DNA of 63,778 bases, filler included, from Dugesia japonica (lineage: Eukaryota), in the NCBI GenBank assembly GCA_001938525.1. It is 5 parts of 5 records of this genome, joined end to end, with 100 filler letters (N's around TTAATTAATTAA, not from the genome) between each part and the next. Parts side by side here need not be neighbours in the genome. Positions count along the whole stretch, not along the records: positions 44,994 to 54,957 come from MQRL01418280.1; positions 55,058 to 63,778 come from MQRL01261656.1; 3 more parts are not named here. One strand, 5' to 3'. Position 1 is the first letter of the stretch. Each line of letters begins with the position of its first letter. Under the pieces are notes generated by a model. That model ran no database searches. It was not told where the DNA came from and saw nothing but the letters and a program-made list of their open reading frames with translations. Of the stretch, positions 50,685-63,575 are shown one piece after another. A program made the position numbers and the translations under genes.

Positions 50685-50953
50685 CAGGAATGCACCACAT
50701 ACGGCTCGGGACCCAAGTCCATGACAAATCCAAAATGTATATTTTTATAGAAATATAATTCTTTACAACTAACTAGCTGTAAAATGACACTTTAACCGTG
50801 CTATATTAGATTTTTGTATTATATATAGTATAGTATAGTAGCTATAATATCAGTGATACATAAACTTTGGCCCGAAAGTTTTGCATGCATGACCCGCGAA
50901 ATTGATTTAAACTTATGATGCGACCCATCTAGAAAACAAATTGTGCACCCCTG
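50685..50953 (+). mobile_element. hAT-like MITE, copy 2
   Basis: CAGGAATGCAC...TTGTGCACCCCTG; 8-bp TSD ACCTATAA/ATCTATAA (7/8). Confidence 0.75.
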
Positions 50954-52109
50954 ATCTATAAACTAACATTGTTCAGATTAAGATTTATAGTGATTCGTAT
51001 TTTTTAAAAAGAATTTATGAATGATTATGATATCAAAAGTCATTTACAGTAGACCTTATAATACCGATTTATACAATGGTTTTCATGGTGTATGTTCTTT
51101 TACTTTTAAAATATATTTTGCACAATACTAACAATTTGTAAATGAAATTGATCAAATTAAAGCTAAAATTAAAATTAGTGAATTTCTAAAATAATTAAAT
51201 TAAGAATAAAGCCATTAAAATTAAACTAACATTTTTAAGTTTCAATAAATTAAAAAGTTTAAATCAAAATATTTTTTTTGTTGTCTGGATTTTCGGCGAT
51301 TGTCTTCTTCAGAGATTTATTTTCTAGTTATATTTATTTATGTTTATACAAGTTTGCAATAATATTTATGTAAATTGTTTGCAGAAATTAAGTATGGATT
51401 TCCAATACTTTTTAAAAATAATAATAACACAAATCTTACCGTAAATTAATGCTTATTGAAGTTTTAATTTTTATTGAAGCTTTAATTGAAGTTAATTCCT
51501 AAAGAAGACAAAGTCGAAAATTCGAAACACTATCAAAAAATAAAAAATGTTTGATCGAAGCTTTTATTTTAAATGAAATCTTAAATACGATCAATGATTA
51601 TGTCTAACAATTATTCTCACAATAATTGTAATTGTAAAAATAATATTTACCGCCAATAAAAATATTGACAGATTTAAATTGAAAATTAAAATTTTAAAAA
51701 TTCAAGAATCTTGTCAACCGTTGAAAATAATTTGGAACAATGAAAAGAATCGAACAAAACTTTTAACAGAAATTTAAATTAGTAATCGTTCTATAAAGGT
51801 GTAAAAATGAAAATTCAAGAAAATATATCCTGCGGAATAAATTAAAGAATTTCTGTAAACTAAATTTATAACCCTGAAATCAAATTTATAAATACCAATA
51901 GTAATTTCTTTATTGTTAATTAAACTTGTTATAAAATTATTTATTAGTTAATTTTGTTACTAATTTTTTTATATAAAGAATTTTGTAAAACTCATAAAAT
52001 TATTATTAAAATAGACAAAGCAAGTTTTACAATCCAATATATTACAAGTACCTCGAATTTTCCAACAACCGGAATTTTTGTATGGGAATTTTATTTGATA
52101 GGAATTTTC

Positions 52110-54447
52110 GGATCATCTTTTTTTTGAACAATTTATAGTGATCTATTTAATTGAACAATCCATTACATCATGTTTTTAATTTAAACAATTATTTTAATCA
52201 TGTTTTTAAATTGAACAAAATAAAAAATCTATTTGAACAATTTCATCAAATTTCCGAAAATTAATTTTTTTAATGATTTTTTTAAAATTAACTTTTTTAA
52301 CAAATAAAAATCTATTTTAATAATTAAAAAAATTAAAAACTAAAATAAAAATTTTAAAAATGTTCTCTTCTTAAACCTTTGAAAGCATAAAAAAATTAAT
52401 AATGTACAATATTTTAAAAATGTAGAATATTTTTTACGAAATATGCAATTGTCTTAGGTGGACAACAATTAATTGTCCAAATAGACAAATCTTTATTTCG
52501 GTAATATCTTTTTCTTATTTTTTAATATGTTTACATTTTCTTTTTTAAGATAGAAACCAAAATATCACAGAGGTCGTGCTCTTGAAATGAATTATGGGTT
52601 TTTGGCATAGTTGATTACTGGAATTAAAGCAATTACAATCCGTTTCGAAAGTCTGTTCGCACCCATTTAAATTATAAAAATTTCAGAAAAGTCGTTTGAA
52701 AAGCCAATAGAAAAGGAAGAAACATTATATTTACAAACGATAGTAAGTTTATTATTATTTTGTTGGGTATCCTATCATCTTCGTGGCATGGAATCAACGA
52801 ATATGCAACATAAGGAAGTGGGTATATTATACTATATCTTTTGTAACTCCGCCCATATTTAACCAGCATTCATAGGTCCCAATGCATTCATTTTGATCTT
52901 TATGAAATGCCACGAATGGCATCAGGAGAATTCACAGGTTAATTTAATATATCGATATGACGTTCACTGAGAAAAGATAATGTCGATGAAAATCGATGCC
53001 AAGGAGCATTGTCATGCTGCAATATGAACCTAAGCAGAGGGAAGACCAAGCACTGGCCAACTAGGTCAATGTGATTGACAATCTTGTTTTGATAGGTTGC
53101 AGAATTCAACGTACTCTGTATTCGTTTCAAAATTCATACACCAAAATGTGAAAAGCTTCCCCAAACATGAATTTGCACACCATATTGAATAACCTTCTTA
53201 ATACAAATAGTACTTAATCTTTCATGTTGAAACCGCCTTATTCTTTGGGAGCGACTATGATTATATGTCCAAAACATTGATTCATCACTGAAGACAACAA
53301 GTGCTCATTTATCAACATCCAATTGCTGTTTAGATATCGTCCATTGCAATCTTCATTTCCTTTGCTTATCATTGACCAGCCGGATGACTTCTTAATCCGT
53401 ATTTATTGAGAATGCGGTGAACTGTGCATCTCGACACATGTTGAATGCTACCCATGTTACAAGTACGTAATATTTTCGTTAACGACATGCTTCTATTTTT
53501 CAGCCATGCACGTCGAACAAATCTGTGAGACCGTATTGATAATTTTGGTGGTCTTCCACTGCGTTTCCGATCCACATAAACCCCTTCGGTCTTATATTTA
53601 TGGACAATTTTTTGAATGCTATGCTTTGGCACATCAATATTATGCCTGTCCGTCATTATTTGCTTTATTGAATAAGCACTATACTTTTCTATCATTAATT
53701 CCACAATTATTATTCTGTGCTTCATCAGAACGTTTTGATTATTCATTATATCTAAAATGTGTCATATAATATAAAATACATTTAATATAAGTTGATAGCA
53801 TTATTTACTATATTTTGCAATTTGCATTACTTAAACAAATTGGAAAAATTAAAAATGCGTATTGACTTATGATTTTACATGGGTGTGAACAGACTTTGGA
53901 AAGGGACTCTATATTTTTGCAATTATTACCTATTGTTACCCAATATTACCCATTATAAGGGCTACTGTTCAGAAGGGTTCTATCATAATGGGTGATGAAT
54001 ACAAAGCTTATACTAAATAAGCGAATGTTAAAAATTACATTCATCTAACAGTTAACCACAAAGTACTTATTATTGACAAAGAATGGATTCGATTTAAAGA
54101 AAACTGAAGATTAAAATTGTCGGAATGAAAGAAGTGTATGGTACGATTCTACAGTCCTACCTAAAATAATGGATGTGGAGACAAAATATTCAAATGACAA
54201 GTCCTCAAGCAATTTTTTGTTTAATAAATCAATAAATTTTCTATCGTGTTTTTAATTTAAAATTCTATCATAAATTTTTCTTAAATAAAACTTTAGATTT
54301 TTTAATTTAAAATAAATTTAAATTTATGAATTTATAGATTTTCTATCGCGTTTTTATTAATTCAAATTTCTATCATGTTTTTAATATGAACAATCCATAA
54401 TATTATGTTTTTAATTTGAACAACTTGGTCAAAAAAAAGGATGATCC
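52110..54447 (+). mobile_element. Merlin (IS1595-like) transposon with nested Tc1
   Basis: TIRs GGATCATCTTTTTTTTGAACAA / TTGGTCAAAAAAAAGGATGATCC; perfect 8-bp TSD GAATTTTC (52102-52109, 54448-54455); transposase pieces LGGQQLIVQIDKSLF, KPKYHRGR, WVFGIVD, LPIIRATVQKGSIIMGDEYKAY, HLTVNHK. Confidence 0.92.
52636..53909 (-). mobile_element. Tc1-like transposon, decayed
   Basis: TA-flanked ~40-bp TIRs (AAAGTCTGTTC(G/A)CACCCAT); ORFs with RSGRPPKLS, VFSDES, VWGSF, LQHDNAPWH, NSPD. Confidence 0.92.
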
Positions 54448-56489
54448 GAATTTTCTTTTGAAAATTTTAATTGATTTTTCAAATTGTTTCAACTCTGTAT
54501 TACAATATTTATTTATTTTTGAATAATTAAAATTATCTATTTTTATTAAGAATAAGAATACTTTTATATGATNNNNNNNNNNNNNNNNNNNNNNNNNNNN
54601 NNNNNNNNNNNNNNNNNNNNNNNNNNNNNNNNNNNNNNNNNNNNNNNNNNNNNNNNNNNNNNNNNNNNNNNNNNNNNNNNNNNNNNNNNNTTGAAATTCT
54701 CCATAAAATTATTCATTAAAATATTATAGCATGGTTACTCCAAACTATTTTAACTAAACTTGTCTATAAATTTTAAAATATTGTTGGGGTGGAACACCCC
54801 CTGAAGGAAAATAAACCGAAAAAATTAACAGATAATAATAAGAAGACCAGCAATGAAAAAAATAAAGTCCGAAATCAATCTTAGAAGGAAACGAAATAAA
54901 ATCAAAAGTAAATACGAAGAACCAAGTAAAATAAAAGCTACTTACGAGTGGAAATTANNNNNNNNNNNNNNNNNNNNNNNNNNNNNNNNNNNNNNNNNNN
55001 NTTAATTAATTAANNNNNNNNNNNNNNNNNNNNNNNNNNNNNNNNNNNNNNNNNNNNACATATTTATACAAACATATTTATACAACAAACCCTATATTAA
55101 ATATGTTTAGAATTTTATTTTTAATCAAATGATATCATTTCCAGAGCCATACGACAGATATTTGTTGAGGAATTCATAAAACAATTCAAAGTGTTCTGAT
55201 GCGCTACTACCCTTGGAACAAGAACCAAACATGTTTTGAAAAATGTAAAATTATTTTCTTATACAGAATTTAATTACAAGTTCATCCATACAAAATTTGT
55301 AGTCATACCATAAAATTTCGCCAAAAAATTGAATTCCAAAAATTCAAATTTTCAAACTCTCCGATCAAAAATTCGACAAACCAATATCGAAAAATTTTCC
55401 ATGTATTTTTATCGACCAATCAAAATGCTCAAATTTTCAGAAATCCTTTTCAAAACTCAACATTTAAGCATCACACGCAAACATAACATTTAAACATTCA
55501 ACATATAACTGAACACATACACAAACAAACATAAAAGATGAAATAGCAAAGCTCATCACAGAATGCCTCAGTCAACCAATTCAATCAACATTGCAAGACC
55601 ATCAATCAGTGATTCCATCAGACGTTTATGTTATCTTATTTGACTTTAAGCAGTGATTTAACATTTATCTATTATATTATCCGAATAGTGATATCAAATG
55701 CTGATGTATAATCTTGTAATTTTATTTTTCTTTTTATTTATTTTAATAAGTAAATGGCAATAAATTAATTTTTATTTTCAAATTAACTTCAATAATAGAT
55801 TGTGAAAATCCAAAATAAACATTTCCTTTGAAGTTACAATATAAAGCTATACAAACATATTTAAGAAATGTAGAAATGTATATTGATTAATTTTGTAAAT
55901 AAAGAAAAGAATTTTAAATGTAATTTTATATATTCTTATTTCTTTATCAAATTTATTTTGAATTTTATTTATTTTACGGAATTTACTTGTAATTCTAATA
56001 GAATTTTATTTATTTTGTTAATGTATTCATACATGTAATTTCGGTTTAAATAAAGAGTGATTTCTCAGTCAAATCACCCTAAAACTTTATATCTTAAGTG
56101 AAGTCAAAGTTTACTGAACTGACACTTCCGAGATTAAAATACTAACGTGTAATAAATTGAGTTATCAATAAAATTTTCTAAATGTAATTATTTCATACTT
56201 AATTAAATAGCTGACTACATAGTATCTTTATATCAATATCTTTCATATATATTTTATATGTATTTTATTCCCAAATAAGTTTTTTGAAAAAAATTTCGAA
56301 AGTATTAAAGATAAGATAAGATAAAAAGTGATAAGGTAAAAACGTTTTGAATAAGATAAAGTTAAGAGTAAATTCTTAAAAAATAATACAGTTTTTAAGG
56401 GTTGAAACGAAGCCTGAATTTTAAAACTATTTTATGAATAGTGAATTGAAACGAAATTCACAGATAATTCCTAATCCAGCGTATAAATT

Positions 56490-56830
56490 TTAAATAAAGG
56501 AATCCAAACCTGCAGAAATTTTGAGAACCTATTACTACCTAATTCAGATCTTATAACTATTTTCTCGTTTAATTGCTTTATACCAGCATCAAAGAAATCA
56601 TCAGTCAATGGAACAGCCTTATTAGATAGCCTACAACTCTTAACTGCATCGTCAATAACAAATTCAACTTCAATACCAAATTGAATTTTTACATTTTTCA
56701 TTTCTTTAATTAAAGTCAATAACTTTTCAATTAACTTTCCAGTCAACATAATTTCTTTCATAATACAATTAGAAACATTTAATTTTAATACTCGATAATA
56801 TTTACGTATGTCTGTCTCAACAATCGGTTC
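56490..56830 (-). pseudogene. N-terminal pPolB-like domain fragment from another Polinton-like element
   Basis: KNVKIQFGIEVEF...LNEKIVIRSELGSN resembles the domain preceding the GSGW motif (compare 13877-14170). Confidence 0.45.
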
Positions 56831-57038
56831 ATCAAGATTAAGAGAACCACCAACTTAGTTTTCTTGTAAAAACTTATTCAGAACATCGTTTTCATCACCT
56901 ATTTCCTTATTAAAATCAATAGAATTACTATTTATATCAACAGTCGGATCATTAACTGAATGAACAGTTAGATCAACAACCGGATCAACAAGTAGAGTAA
57001 AAGAAACCTCAACCTTAACGATTGTTTAATCATCGTTA

Positions 57039-57320
57039 TTATATAACCTCAGGATTTAATTTTATTTTCTTACACGGTGGAATATAATAAGTAATTAATT
57101 TTGAAAATAATGCTTTCTTATTAAATTCTATTAAATGATGTGCATGAATCCTATAGAAATCTGTGTATAATCCTATACTTAATGTGTTGCATGTTGAACA
57201 TATGTAATATACCACATTGTTATAATGGCGACCATAATACTTTTTCATGACAGTATGGCAAGAAATATTATGTACTAAATTACCACAGTAATTCTTGTAT
57301 AGCGACCTAGTCCTACAAAA
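57039..57320 (-). pseudogene. Cys/His-rich hypothetical protein
   Basis: SCHTVMKKYYGRHY...YICSTCNTL...HAHH; directly upstream of the pPolB-like fragment. Confidence 0.3.
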
Positions 57321-57397
57321 AGTATGTTATAAATATTATATTTGAAAAGAGCCAAATGATAAAAATAATAATAATATTAACAACAANAATAATAATT

Positions 57398-57431
<34 letters not shown>

Positions 57432-57480
57432 TAATATTAATAATGAAAAATAATAAGAATAATAAAAATAATATTATAAC

Positions 57481-57650
57481 TTAATTACGTAACTAAGTAA
57501 ATCAATAAAAATATATAACTGAGTAAACTCAATTACGTAACTGAGTAAAATATATTTTACTGATTAACTGAGTAATATTACTCAGTTACTAAATAAAATA
57601 TATTTTCTCAGTTATTTACTTTTATTGATTTACTCAGTTACGTAATTGAG
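57481..57650. repeat. Imperfect ~170-bp palindrome built from TAACTGAGTAA units
   Basis: AATTACGTAACTAAGTAAATCAATAAAA ... TTTTATTGATTTACTCAGTTACGTAATT. Confidence 0.8.
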
Positions 57651-60093
57651 TTACTCAGTTAGTCATTTAATCAATACAACAATAAATAATATTAATAAAA
57701 ATAATTAGAATGATCATANNNNNNNNNNNNNNNNNNNNNNNNNNNNNNNNNNNNNNNNNNNNNNNNNNNNNNNNNNNNNNNNNNNNNNNNNNNNNNNNNN
57801 NNNNNNNNNNNNNNNNNNNNNNNNNNNNNNNNNNNNNNNNNNNNNNNNNNNNNNNNNNNNNNNNNNNNNNNNNNNNNNTAAAATTCATATAATTTGCCGT
57901 ATTTGGTGCATTTAATCCATAATTAGAAGCATTTGGTTTATAATTGGAGGCAACTAATCCAAAATTGAATGCGTTTTGTACATTATTGGAGTCATAAAAA
58001 GAATATTCTGATTATTAGGTATCATATTCTAATAATTAAAATTAATCTAAATTAATTAAAAAATTAAATATACTTGATTAAATAATCTTTTCATTGAATT
58101 ACTATTGTTACCATTATTATTAGTATTGTTAATTTGACTATTCATTGTTGATCTAAAAAATAACATTTAAAATTAAAGAAAAAATGGTGGAAAATAATTA
58201 CTTACTGATTTTATTTTTGAAAATATGATGTAATGTAACGTGTGATGCGTTTATATCCTAATTGAATACACACTTAATTTAATTTAATTGATATGATAAA
58301 ACAAAAATATTTTTCGTAACAATTCTTAATAATTTAAATGAAAAATTTAATTAATCTTTAAATAATTAATTAAAAATTCAATAAAATTTACAATAAAACT
58401 TTAATGTACATTTAAACTTCAATCTACGATAAAAATTTAAATAAAACTTGATAATAAAAATATTCCTAATAAAACTTACACAATAAAATTACAAATTAAA
58501 TAAGTAACACGGTTTTTTACAATACATTTATTCAATACGAAATTTCATATACCATGCTGTTTTCTTGGCCATATTAGGTAATGTTAACCACAGGCTTTCG
58601 ATAGCCATTGCCATAGACACTTAAAACTATATACACATAGACTTATGTTTCATGTGATATTATATGTTCCCTCGGAAAATATTATTATTAATGTTCCTCA
58701 GATAATATTAACATTAGATGTCACACAGGCTATATATAATGTTAACATCCAGCGGGTACTATTTATATTATTATCGTCTAAACAATATTAAGATCATGGA
58801 GTCTCACAAAAATATAAACCCTTGCTGCTTTTCCCTCGCTCTTCACAGACAATAAATACACAAGTCAATAAAACATTTCAAACATTTTATATTTCTATTA
58901 AAACGTTTTATAAATTACACAGAGGTATTCAATAACATTCAAAGATTACATAGAAAATAATAAAATTTTTAAGTTAGCAGATAAAAATTCCAACCAACAA
59001 GTAAAACTTATAATCTATCACACTAAATATATAGTTCATCACATTGAAATTTCTAAGTCAACGTTTTAAAAGTACATTTCATCTTATAAAATTCTAAAAA
59101 AAACAAAATTTCTAAGTAAACATGTAAAATATTGGATTCATTATTGAAATTAAACATTTCAACATGAAAATAATCACTTTGTCATGGAAAATTATAATGT
59201 CATCACAAGCATAGACATTTCATCGAAGTATATACATGTATCATCATGATAAATACACGAGTCGTCATTGAAAATTAGAGACCACTACATAGAAAGTATT
59301 TAATTCGTCATTTAAAATACAACTTTCATCATAAACCTTAAAATTCATAGATTTTAAGAAAATAATTTTTCTGTTTCAATTTAATAAGAATCAACTTTTA
59401 CCAGCATAAAATTGCAAATTAAAATTTATCAGTTTGAAACTAATATAAAGCCAAGTTAAGCAACTTATAATCAATATTTATTAAAATTGATCAATTTAAA
59501 TTTAACATGAATCAAATTTTATCTGCTTAAAATTAAAACGGTTCAAATTAAACAGTTTAAAATTAATATAATTAATAAATTAAAATTGATCATTTAGAAT
59601 TAATGTTTTTTAAAATTGATTTTGTTAAATTAAATCTAATTATTTTATCAAAATATGTTAAACAATTATTAATTAATAAAAAATTTTGTTTAAACATATC
59701 AATTAAATATGGCTTGAATGGAATAATTTTATATTATTTCGCCATTTAACAATATTAAGTAAGATGTTTTATTTAATTTGCTATATTATTAATTTTTTTT
59801 ATATTATTTTTTTTATATTATTATTTTTTTATATTTTTACATATTATTTATCACCTATTATTATTTGTGATAAATAATATGAAAGTTATTGTCATTAATG
59901 TTATTAAAAAATTTGATCAATCATGAAAATAAGTAAGGATTTATTTTTATTTAATTTAAACGGTAATGATTTTCTTAAATTAAAGTTAAAGGCTTANAGT
60001 TTAATGTTTTAAAATTATTAATTTAATTTCAGTTAATAAATTGATTTTCAGATATTAATTGTTGTGAATTCCTAATGTTATGATTAAAACAAT

Positions 60094-60207
60094 GTCGTAA
60101 TAGGGATTGAGAATTGTAATTATTTCACATGAACGAGGAATACGTAGTAAGTGCAAGTCACCAGCAAGCGCTGCTCTTTGTACACGCCGCCCGTCACTAC
60201 TAGCATT
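60094..60207 (+). rRNA. Isolated degenerate 18S rRNA fragment (3' region), non-functional
   Basis: TGAACGAGGAAT...AGTAAGTGCAAGTCA...CTTTGTACACGCCGCCCGTCACTACT matches the conserved TGAACGAGGAAT...TTGTACACACCGCCCGTCGCTACT, with a ~12-nt deletion. Confidence 0.88.
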
Positions 60208-61039
60208 TAACTAAAACGTCATTATTACGTAATAATTATGTTATGGTTACTTACCAATTATCGTGTGTTTTAATTAATAGATTTTTATGATCTCGTTTTG
60301 TTTAAATGAGGTTGGATTATTTATTTTTGTTTAAATTAAGTGAAATTCATTGTTTTTTTAAAAGTAAATTTCTTTCCGGACATGTTAACATTAATATTGT
60401 CAGACAATTTTACCATTAAACATTCCCCGAACAACATTAATACTAAATATTCGCCAGGCAATATCAACATTAATATATAAATTTGAAAATAAATGAAATT
60501 TGCATAAAATAATATTAATAAATCGTTTGCCTTACTGTTTCAATTTGAAAATGTCATTCATGAAGAACAAATAACAGATGCTTTTTAGATGGAAATGGTT
60601 TGTGATTGTAAGCACCAGGAATTGATTGAAGGTATTTTGGAATTAAAAGATCATTAATTATGGTAAATTAAGTTAATGTTAGTTTATTTAATTTTCTTTT
60701 AGAATTAGCAGTGCAAATAGTGATTGGGCGATTTCCTAAATTCAAAAAATAATGTATTAATGTGAATTCAGAACAATATTGGAAACATGTTTGAAGAACA
60801 ACATGCATTGACATTGATGACATTATGGATGAATTTCTTTTCGAATTGGAAATGGAGTTTTCATAAAACAGAAACTAAACTCACTATGAAATCCTAAAGG
60901 ATTATATACTCATAGCCGCTGAAGTATACAAAAATAATTTTATATTGTTTTATTAATAAATGTTATCTTGGAAAATAGATTTTTTTATTTTATAAATATT
61001 TTTTATTATTGTAAATAGTTTTCATAAGTATTAGATATA

Positions 61040-62074
61040 AAACATATGTAAAACTATTAATTTGTGCAATAGGCATGCAACACATATGCCACATATGTGC
61101 AACATACAATCATCCAAAAATCAGATGACTAATAATTTTTAATCTTATCAAAACCATTAAAATATACTTATAACACACTTTTGCAACACAAAAGCTGCAT
61201 GCACAAAACACACAAAAACTTTAGACTGCTCGAACAAAATATTTTAAAATAACTCCCCACATCTTTTTCAAATATTCACACACACACCAGAAAAATACAA
61301 CCCATGTATTTTCCTATTCCACATAATTCACTCTACCCTAGAAAAATAATCCTCATCTGATAAAAATGTTTTTCATCAACCCACGCTACATATAAACACT
61401 TAACATTCAACCCTTAAAAAATAAATAAATAACCCAAAATAAATATCCAAACACAACAGCATCATCTAACCTTACTGTAACTCTTTAATTCAAATCTAAA
61501 TTCATCAAAATCCATCTAAACCTCACTACACCATAGCCTTTTTAATCCAAACGCGCGATAACTCATCACAGTGGTATCATGCTGACCTAAGTCTGTAACG
61601 CTCAGGAGCCTTTTAGCACATAGTTTCCTTTTGAAACTTATGGACCAATTTGGAGTCCAAATTAATGAGAGTCAAATTTAACCTAAAAATTGATACCCCA
61701 CACACTGACACACCCAATCTGTGGCAAATTATGTTTTTTCAATATATACTGACACACACATATTAGTACCCTAATTTTTGCCCGGAAAGGTTCACCTGCA
61801 CTTTCCACACATGATTTCACTAAAAACCGTAAACCAAAATTTGCACTTAAAAAAGTCTTCAAAAACTTTAAACCAAATTTAAAAATTTCAAAATGTTCCC
61901 ACATTATTTTTAACAAAAAAATCAAATTTTTCTAATTTTGACTCCATCAAAAATTATTAATCAATCGATCACATCAGAAATCAATATTCAATCAGATTGG
62001 AAATCAACATATCGATCATGAGGGTGTTTTGATTTGACCAATCAGATAAGTGTTGTCATTCTGAGCTATCTACT
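61040..62074 (+). mobile_element. Subterminal region and right end (CTATCTACT) of another AGTAG-family element
   Basis: Shares CAATAGGCATGCAA and ACACACACA..CCAG motifs with 1540-2375 and ends CTATCTACT like 20974. Confidence 0.45.
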
Positions 62075-63349
62075 TAGTATTTTCACACTCTGTAATTTGT
62101 AACAGAATTCTATTCACTTCTTACATTACTTTTTCTAATAGTATTTTAAGAGTATTTATATTAGCAATAGTTGATTTTTCTAATAGATAGTATCCTTCTT
62201 TCTTGATAAAAACCAAATACAAATACATAGTTATCGTTTAAAATTATTTTGACAAAATTAAATTGAGAGCTTAAATTGACTCGAAATTAATCTGAACAAA
62301 CTATGAATACTTTACAATTGGGAAAATTATTTGAAATAAATAAAATCCGTTTCAGTGATTTTAATTTTTCTCAATACACAACGCTCTGATTTAAAAGATT
62401 TTCAAAATAAATTGACTTCATTTAATTGGGTAATTGTTGTAAAAGAATAAATGATTTGGTGTAAAGATAACTTAAAGCAGACTTCAATTTCTATTTTAAA
62501 ATCATTAAATAGTTAATTTTTTTATTTATTTGCAATTTTAGTTTACATTACTTTAGGTTAGTCTCAGAAATAAAATATACAGAACAAATAAAAAATAACA
62601 GTTTAAAAATAGCAGCTAAATACTTGTTAAACATCCTTGAAACTTTCGCATCCAATCCATATTAGAAGTATGTGAGTCACCAACTAGAATATTTTCAATG
62701 ACAAGATTAATTAGGTGTGACCGAACAGTTACATTGTCAACCTTTGATCTATCGTTCGAATCTACCAACTGAAATTTGAAAAAAAAATACGCTTTATTAT
62801 CTAATTATTTTAAGTAATATATCAATATAATAGATGGATTTTTAAATTTTTTTCATTTGAAATGTAGGATTTTGTTTGTACGTTACAATTACGTAAAAAA
62901 TAGTGAAAAAATAAAAATATTATTGATATAACAAGATTTATTTCAATAAATAGGTAATCTTTATTTAAAAAATTTGAGCTGGGTGATATTGTGCTAGTTT
63001 GTATTCATACACTAAAAATAAATTCATTAAACTTTTGAAATAATAATTAATAAAGTATTACATGATATTGTTTTAATCAAGGGTTTTATCATGAATCGTT
63101 AATTTTTCACGCAAAAGACGAGCCAAATCAATTTCTGTCTCTATTTTAGCTAGTTCAGTCATAGCTGAATAATTAATATACTTCACTATACTATCTATAA
63201 TTTATCAATATCCATTGTCAATAAGTTGAACAATTTACTTTTAATTTAAATTATTTAAAATCAATTAACTGTACACATACAAGAAATAAAATATTTTCAT
63301 GATATCATGGGGTCATAAGTAATAAAAAAGATAATTAATCATCCAAATT

Positions 63350-63575
63350 AGTAGGTAGATAGTAGCGCACTAGATCACCCCCTAGACAAAGAACATTTAT
63401 AACAAAGACTATGAGTCATAAGTATGACTCATCGATAATGATAAAATAAAGTCGCGATGAGTCATCGATGACTAGAACAAAGACAATGAGTCATAGGGAT
63501 GAGTCGTCGATGCTAGAACAAAGACAATGAGTAATAGGGGTGAGTCATCGCGATACGAGAACAAAGTTCATGACG
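63350..63575 (+). mobile_element. Left terminus AGTAGGTAGATAGTAGCGCACT followed by a tandem array with AP-1-type sites
   Basis: 21/22 match to the reverse complement of 2553-2574; AGAACAAAG repeats with TGA(G/C)TCA at 63412, 63425, 63458, 63487 and 63541. Confidence 0.6.

Noticed and set aside
51645-51680. Upstream alkaline phosphatase exon (KSVNIFIG followed by GT)
   Set aside because: Weak similarity, no DSA active-site exon found and no convincing acceptor.
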